A stretch of 64,000 nucleotides of DNA from a virus: positions 27,483 through 91,482 of the IMG/VR virus record IMGVR_UViG_3300050821_004371. One strand, 5' to 3'. The notes below the pieces were generated by a model. That model was not told where the DNA came from, did no database searches, and saw only the letters and a list, made by a program, of their open reading frames with translations. Position numbers and translations under genes: made by a program. This document shows, piece by piece, positions 58,533 through 64,000 of the stretch (position 1 is the stretch's first letter; each line of letters opens with the position of its first letter).

Positions 58533-60923
58533 TTAGCTGATGGCGCTGGCAGCATCGATTTCCCGGATACGAATGGTCGTATCGGGGCCGAGGCTGGTGG
58601 TGAAATGGACCCTATCAATGTGTTAACTGTACGTTCGTTTTCCGTACAGATCGGACTGTCGCATCGCCCGTAGGCGTTTCCTCGCTCAGTCTCTACTGCT
58701 GCCCGCTTTCGCTGCTTGCAGTCTGTTGGCTTCTCAGCTTCCAGCTTAATCAGAGGAAATTCGCATCATACTCTTTGTACGATGCCCCTAGTTTGTTAAG
58801 GAGGTCCATCCCGGAATCAGCATTATTGTTACTACCCTTTTGGGCGGGCAAGTCGTTTCCGCTTGCCTCTGCAAATTCATTTCCTTGCAGATCGGACTGT
58901 CGCATACACTCGAAAGTGTTCTTCTCGCTCAGTCTCTACTGGTGCTTTCGCTTCCAGTCTGTTCCCATCGCAGGGTTCAGCTTAATCAGAGAAGATTTAA
59001 CGAGGGCCTAAAACCGACCGCTCGGGTCTGCCACGCTAGGCTCCAAATTTCTGGGAGCAGACCAAAGAACGCCGAGCCTTATCGGTAGCGTTCTGGACGA
59101 TATTGCAGCGAATATTCCGCCACTCGCCATCGCCGTACCCAGTGTCACCCTGCGCTCCGAGGTTGATGGAGAAAATTCCATCGCGCCCGAAGATATACGT
59201 ACGCAGAGCAGTCAAGCCCGTAACCGCGCCAGTTCCCGGATTGTAATTCGGGCTGGTAGTTACCAAGTTAGACTGGAAGAAGCTTACGCCGGAAGTCGGG
59301 ATTTCAATGACTTCGGTCAAGTCCGTCGAGATGATTTCATCCAGGCGGCTGTAACCCTGCGGAGTACGCTTCAGGATATCGATTGGCGAATCGTTCGAGT
59401 TGTCTGCAAGCACGTCACCCAACGCAAAAGGATGGATAACGCCCGCAAAGTTCTTCGAAGCTTCGTCAAACGGGCGAACCGAACGTCCGGCAAGTGACTG
59501 CACGGCGTTTCGGATGTAGGTCAGGGAGAGAGTCGTGAAGCTCGTGGTCGAGGTCGCGGCCAGTTTGGTCAGGACCGAAGAATCCACGGAGTTCGCGCCG
59601 TCCGCAGTTGCACGAACCAAAGCGGACAGAGACTCGCCGAGACGGTAGGCCATCTCTCGGGCGACGTTTTCGACAGTGTTGTCGATTGCGGTCGCGAGGG
59701 ACAGCGAGGAGAAGTTAGCGTAATCAGCGTCAACTGTGTTTTGGGAATGCTGTTTTTAGGCAGTCATTACGGGCGTCGCCGTCTCCTGTGTCACCACAGG
59801 GCCACTCTTACTGTCACCAGTAAGTTCGGACTCTATCTTCAGTTCGTTTTCCGAACTGCTTGACGTATTAGTCTCTACGTCTACTCCCCGTTTATTCAAG
59901 ATCGACAACTGTTTCCACAACTCTTCCCGACGTTCGGGATTCATTGTCGGCGGAAGCCGTAGAAATTCTAGGAAGACAATTGCACGCTCTTTTTTGATTA
60001 TCAGATAAGGCATGATTGCCAAAATAAGAAGTTCCATGTCCTTCTTTTTCGACAACCGCCAAATAGACGGAATTTTGCATCTCGGGTTATTCGGGCGTTG
60101 CGTAAAAGTTACGCCCCCGAAGTTTTCCTTCAGCCACGCAGTCAATCTATGGTCCGTATTGCCAACCAATATCTGCGGATTGTAGTTGATGACGCCCCAC
60201 TTCTGGCGTCGTCCAGCTCCGATGCAAAAACAGCCCTCGCCATCAATAATTCCAGCGAGGTACGAATATTTTGATTTGTCTGACATTCTAGCCATCCTTT
60301 TGGATTATTTAATAGGCTTGTAAAACGGTTAGTCTTGGCTCGGTATTGTCTGCCATTATAGCAGATGTCCACCGATATAGTCAAGTTTATGGTGAGCCGC
60401 AAATCAACTCACCGATTGTCGCCGAGGTATTCAGTACAGATACGCTCACGCCCGCGCCAACAGTTCCTTCAGTCGTCTGACTGGTGTTGGCCGCGAGGGG
60501 AACATACATCCATTTTGTTGCGGCGGGCAAGTATAACTGCCAACCTCTTACGGTCGCCCGTAAGTGCGGACTATATCATCACCCGTTTCCGGGGCGCGGC
60601 GTGTAGTCTCTACGGGGTCACTTAGACTTCCCTCGGGATTGACTCAATGAGTTATCCCCCGATATAGCCACGTTATTCAACATCGCTTACGCGATGAGGG
60701 TACCTGTTTGATACAAGTTGTACTGGTTACCAGATTTCATCGGGAGGTCCAAACGTTCGGAACACGCGACGAACGGCGTCTGTGCCTTCAGGTTCTCCTG
60801 TTTCTTGGCACACGAGCTTCGACCCTATTCCGCAAGAACCATTTAACGGAACTTTTTGTCGTAGTACCGAACCGTGGACTGAGGCAGGTTTGACTGGTTA
60901 TTAGAACTCGGGCTATAGCCCAT
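58533..60923 (-). CDS. major capsid protein (N4-gp56-like family), 7 exons: 60923-60846, 60797-60711, 60509-60407, 59730-59087, 59043-59017, 58820-58799, 58615-58533; 347 aa
   Basis: Joined exons (1044 nt) read without stops: MGYSPSSN...YYDKKFR|ENLKAQ...PMKSGNQYNLY|MYVPL...TIGEY|ADYANFSS..TAIDN...IHPF..D...NIVQNA|EPSVADPSG|LIPGWTSY|RVHF...IREIDAASAIS; downstream of a scaffold-like gene. Confidence 0.85.
58616..58798 (-). ncRNA. MCP intron 6: group I intron (183 nt)
   Basis: same core blocks as intron 5; P1 UCCU|UA..UAGGGG; terminal G. Confidence 0.85.
58821..59016 (-). ncRNA. MCP intron 5: group I intron (196 nt)
   Basis: core CAGTAGAGACTGAGCGAG ... ATGCGACAGTCCGATCTG; P1 CGAGCGGU/GCCCUCG; terminal G. 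Confidence 0.85.
59044..59086 (-). other. MCP intron 4: 43-nt core-less group I-like mini-intron
   Basis: exon AGAACGCU pairs intron GGCGUUCU (8 bp, U.G); AGGCUC pairs 3' exon GAGCCU; ends in G; frameshifts if retained. Confidence 0.8.
59756..60295 (-). CDS. LAGLIDADG homing endonuclease (intron-encoded)
   Basis: YSYLAGIIDGEGCF...WLKENFGG...PYLIIKKERA. Confidence 0.9.
   Translation of the reverse strand: MARMSDKSKYSYLAGIIDGEGCFCIGAGRRQKWGVINYNPQILVGNTDHRLTAWLKENFGGVTFTQRPNNPRCKIPSIWRLSKKKDMELLILAIMPYLIIKKERAIVFLEFLRLPPTMNPERREELWKQLSILNKRGVDVETNTSSSSENELKIESELTGDSKSGPVVTQETATPVMTA
60355..60384 (-). promoter_or_regulatory. intron-internal sigma70 promoter for the LAGLIDADG ORF
   Basis: TTGACT-18nt-TATAAT. 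Confidence 0.55.
60510..60710 (-). ncRNA. MCP intron 2: group I intron (201 nt; 5' boundary uncertain by a few nt)
   Basis: core CCGTAGAGACTACACG ... GATGATATAGTCCG; U-ending exon, terminal G. Confidence 0.85.
60798..60845 (-). other. MCP intron 1: 48-nt core-less group I-like mini-intron
   Basis: exon UUCCGU pairs intron GCGGAA (U.G at junction); GGUUCUU pairs 3' exon GAGAACC; ends in G; in-frame TAA and TAG. Confidence 0.75.
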
Positions 60924-61718
60924 AGTTTCACCTGTTTAGGTCAAGTTCAGCCGAAGCTGCTCTACTTACACTCGCGGGCAAGTTATCAATCCGGATAACG
61001 TCGCGGGCTTGGAGTCAGAGAACTCCAGGTGAATCCCTCATGTAATTGGGGAGGTTCGGGCAATCCGGCCTTTACCTCAAAATTGTAGGGCGGGTGCATT
61101 TTACGGGTTTGCAATATTCTCCCGACCCGCCCGTTATGTTTACTGCACGCCCAACTTTACAGTTACGGGCTTCCGATTCTTGCGAGGACGTTTAGTTCCT
61201 TTTTTGAACTTCGACTTCGCATAACGAACCGATGGCGGATGTTTCTTGAAAACTCTCTCGCGATGTCTTGCCCGCTCCTCCGCCTTACGGAGCTTGGTCG
61301 CGAACTTCTGTTCTTCTGTGCGCATGAATTACCTCCTAAAGGGTAATTGTCATGTCGCCTCCTTCTGTTTGTACGGAAAACGGATTAGTTCCAAACTTGA
61401 GTCGAGCCGCCGTATGCTCTACCGATGCTGCTCGTGCCGACAAGGGCCCCCCAAGTCGGGCCGTATTGCATCCAACCGGGGAGATCGCCAACATAGGGCT
61501 GCGGGTATCCGGGCCACGGCTGGAACTGATACCCGCCTCGCCCGCAACACGGGCAATGGCCGCAGTTCGGACAAACGTGCTGCGGTTGCGGGACTCGATA
61601 CGTGCCCGCGTAATTCTGTTCGTTCGTATTCGGAACTGGTACTTGCATTGTCAACTCCATCGGGGCGTCAAAATCTTCCGCCACGTATAAAATCTGATCT
61701 TTGCCAAAACCCGGAATT

Positions 61719-62117
61719 CTATTCTCCACTGATGACTTCCCAATCTTTATCGGGCGACGAATTGATCGCCTCGCGATACGGGCGTGCCTGCTGAATGCAC
61801 CCGTCAGACGACGGATTGTACGGATCGTTCGGGTCTGTCCCGATTTGCCAGCCATGAATTTTGAAACCGTCGCGATTGTACATCTGGTTACTCGGATCGG
61901 GAGTCAACGGGATTGTTACAGGCCCCGTCTTCTGGCTATCGTATGCCGCGCCCGCCGTGTACTTTCCTACGGGCAATGATCCGATGTCCTTAACGGCCTG
62001 AGTCGCGGGATTGTTGCGCCCTTGAACTCCGCCCCGAACATTATGCCCGGACCAACCCGTAGAAAAGAATTCTCCGTTATGGAATACTTTCCCGGCTTTG
62101 ATGTTAAACGTCCACAT
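61719..62117 (-). CDS. Tlde1/DUF2778 L,D-transpeptidase-fold peptidoglycan enzyme
   Basis: GWSG...NNP..Q.VKDIGSLPVGKY...LTPDP....RDGFKIHG......SDGCI. Confidence 0.75.
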   Translation of the reverse strand: MWTFNIKAGKVFHNGEFFSTGWSGHNVRGGVQGRNNPATQAVKDIGSLPVGKYTAGAAYDSQKTGPVTIPLTPDPSNQMYNRDGFKIHGWQIGTDPNDPYNPSSDGCIQQARPYREAINSSPDKDWEVISGE

Positions 62118-62538
62118 TTCTTTTCACCATCAGAACAGCATCGGCTCCGGGCCCGTAGTAGTCGAACTCCGTTTTGGCGGGCATCCAGCCGATCTTCGTA
62201 TATAATCGCTCGCCATCGGAGAAAGGCTCGGTATGTAGCCAGAGTTCGGGAAACGTCTTACTGGCTTCGTTGAGAAGCGCGGTTCCGATTCCCCGCCTTT
62301 GCCAATTACGGGCGACTGTTACGCTCCAGACGAACGCAAATCCGGGGCGGTAAGGATCGATTGACAATCTATTTTCAGTAATCAAAGCTCCGATAACTAT
62401 CGGGCTATCTTCGAACACCCAGCATTTGCCCGAACCAATCTTCGCCCGTAATTCGTTTTCCGTACAAGGCGAAACGTAGCTTGTGGAATTCAGCCACGCA
62501 ACATCCGCGAAATCCCGAGATTCATACGGGCGAATCAT
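62104..62538 (-). CDS. GNAT (RimI-like) acetyltransferase
   Basis: VTVARNWQRRGIGTALL...LYTKIGW....YYGPGADAVLM. Confidence 0.85.
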   Translation of the reverse strand: MIRPYESRDFADVAWLNSTSYVSPCTENELRAKIGSGKCWVFEDSPIVIGALITENRLSIDPYRPGFAFVWSVTVARNWQRRGIGTALLNEASKTFPELWLHTEPFSDGERLYTKIGWMPAKTEFDYYGPGADAVLMVKRNVDV

Positions 62539-62716
62539 TACTTTTGAATGCCCAAGGACCACTCGTACTTGCCGCGTTCGTTTGTGACATCGCTGTGGAA
62601 GCCCGCAATATCAAGTACGTCAATGTTGTTATCGTTCTTGTAGGTGAGACCTTTTCTAAAGGCCATCTTTTCGGCGAAGGTGTCGAATTCTTCCGTGACA
62701 ATACCAATATCGGCCA

Positions 62717-63583
62717 TTACGCCCTCGCCTGCCGACGCTGCGCTTCCGCTTGGTCAAGAGCCTCAACTTTTTCCTTGAAACCTCGTTCATGCTTCAGGCG
62801 TTTCCCGTACTCGTCGCCCGACATCTTATCGATCTCGGCGCGGGTAATTCCAATACTCGGTGCTGGGCCGCTGTCGGACCCGTTCGAGCGGGTCAAGCCG
62901 GAACTTACGGGCCTCGGTGCAGGCTGTGGCGCGGGCTGAGGGGTCGGTTCTGGCTCCGTTTTCTGTACAACGGGCTCGGGCTTCGGAGTCATGTATTCTT
63001 TCAGTTGCTCGAAAGCAAACTGGAAGTTTTCCTTAACTGGGTCAAGGTTGTTCTTCTGCATCCACGCGGCTAGTGTCTGGAGATTTCCCGCACACGGGTA
63101 ATATTCGGGCGTCGCGTTCTTAAACGCAATCGCTTCTTCTTGGACCGTTGCTCGGTCAAGGCGCTGTTCAACGCGGGACAATCTTGTCCGCAGGACCTCC
63201 GGATCGCCGATCTGCGCCCGCACAATCCGCTGGGCGGCTTTATCAAACTTTTCGGGATCGTTGATATCGCTCGCCAACTGAATCCGTTCTTCAGCGGTCA
63301 AAGGTTCGGGCTTCAGGTCATACTTCGATTCATCGAAGCGCGAGATATTGTCTGGAATCTGGTCAACCGTGGAACTCGATAGCCGAAGGTCTTTGTTGAG
63401 TCGGCGGTTGAGCTTAATAAGCTCGGAATTCTGTGCGGCCATCTTCGCCCCTAAATCTTCGGGCGTGCCGTCATAAATGATTACTTGCTTTCCGCCGAGT
63501 GCGACCCCGTTTTCGGTCGGCTGGTACTCGTATCGAACTTCTTTGGGGGCAACAGGTTCTTGGGTGGCAATCGTTTCAGTCAT
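62717..63583 (-). CDS. capsid scaffolding protein (putative)
   Basis: helical acidic protein with Pro-rich linker and EIDKMSGDEY tail, upstream of MCP. Confidence 0.55.
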   Translation of the reverse strand: MTETIATQEPVAPKEVRYEYQPTENGVALGGKQVIIYDGTPEDLGAKMAAQNSELIKLNRRLNKDLRLSSSTVDQIPDNISRFDESKYDLKPEPLTAEERIQLASDINDPEKFDKAAQRIVRAQIGDPEVLRTRLSRVEQRLDRATVQEEAIAFKNATPEYYPCAGNLQTLAAWMQKNNLDPVKENFQFAFEQLKEYMTPKPEPVVQKTEPEPTPQPAPQPAPRPVSSGLTRSNGSDSGPAPSIGITRAEIDKMSGDEYGKRLKHERGFKEKVEALDQAEAQRRQARA

Positions 63584-64000
63584 AAATCCTCTTTAGAGTT
63601 ATCTTTTAGGGTCGTTGTGATCTTAGATTTGTATCGGGCTTGTTTCGGGTGTTTAGTCATGCACGGCTTGCAGAAAGGCATCGGGTTGGCACACGTTGTA
63701 TCCGTAAGTCGCCCGCAAATTCCGTTGTGAGACTTATGATCGCAACCACACGGGCTTTGTTGAATTCCAGGTTCGTAGCTCATGTTAATAATTCAGAAGT
63801 TCCTGGGTCGGATCGGGCAATACATTGGGCTGGTCCCGTTTAGTCGTGAAGTCTTGAATGTAGCCCGCTACCTTGTTGGTCACCCGCTGATAGAACATGC
63901 CTGCGGCCAAGGCCAAGTTGTGCTTCGCCCGAACCTGGGATTCGTAATCCTTGTCTGTCGGGTCCACTTGCATCAAGTCCAATTGGAACTGGTCGATCTC

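Larger units (their letters stand above)
59731..60406 (-). mobile_element. MCP intron 3: group I intron (676 nt) carrying a LAGLIDADG homing endonuclease
   Basis: P1 GGUGAGU/GCUCACC; core GTAGAGACTAATACG ... GAAGATAGAGTCCG; terminal G. Confidence 0.9.
24..61384. repeat. dispersed 13-bp motif TACGGAAAACGGA/TCCGTTTTCCGTA
   Basis: exact copies starting at 24, 2078, 3100, 3508, 8436, 10261, 10501, 11879, 16179, 17390, 22934, 27719, 39468, 43267, 46024, 47872, 49613, 54876, 61372, plus many 1-2 mismatch variants. Confidence 0.95.

Noticed and set aside
59036-59653. 205-aa ORF as a complete gene, or the MCP as a pseudogene
   Set aside because: It is part of exon 4 running into mini-intron 4. The spliced frame is fully intact.
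60798-60845. T4 gene 60-style translational bypass of the 48-nt gap
   Set aside because: There is no matching landing codon (take-off CGT versus CAG before the resume codon), whereas P1, P10 and the terminal G fit splicing. Stop-codon recoding also cannot explain the 43-nt frameshifting insert.

Overview
This 64-kb window is a large part of a tailed dsDNA phage genome, probably podovirus-like. The SSB sequence hints weakly at an Acidobacteria-like host. The + strand arm (1-30.5 kb) carries early and replication genes: tyrosine recombinase, family A DNA polymerase, ERF, SSB, primase-helicase, RecA, RNA ligase, nucleotide-metabolism enzymes and many HNH endonucleases. The converging - strand arm (30.5-64 kb) carries virion genes. 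Four things stand out. (1) A stand-alone RAMP/Cas7-like gene (26250-26828) lies among five arrays of 5-nt GAY-NN units (constant triplet plus variable dinucleotide), suggesting a non-CRISPR RNA-guided system. (2) The major capsid gene (60923->58533) is split into seven exons by four group I introns and two 43-48 nt mini-introns. The mini-introns keep P1, P10 and the terminal G but have no catalytic core. (3) A circularly permuted two-piece tmRNA lies at about 57.1-57.6 kb. (4) A 13-bp motif TACGGAAAACGGA occurs at least 19 times exactly plus about 30 near-copies, and GCCCG/CGGGC is strongly over-represented. All calls are by eye; no searches were run.
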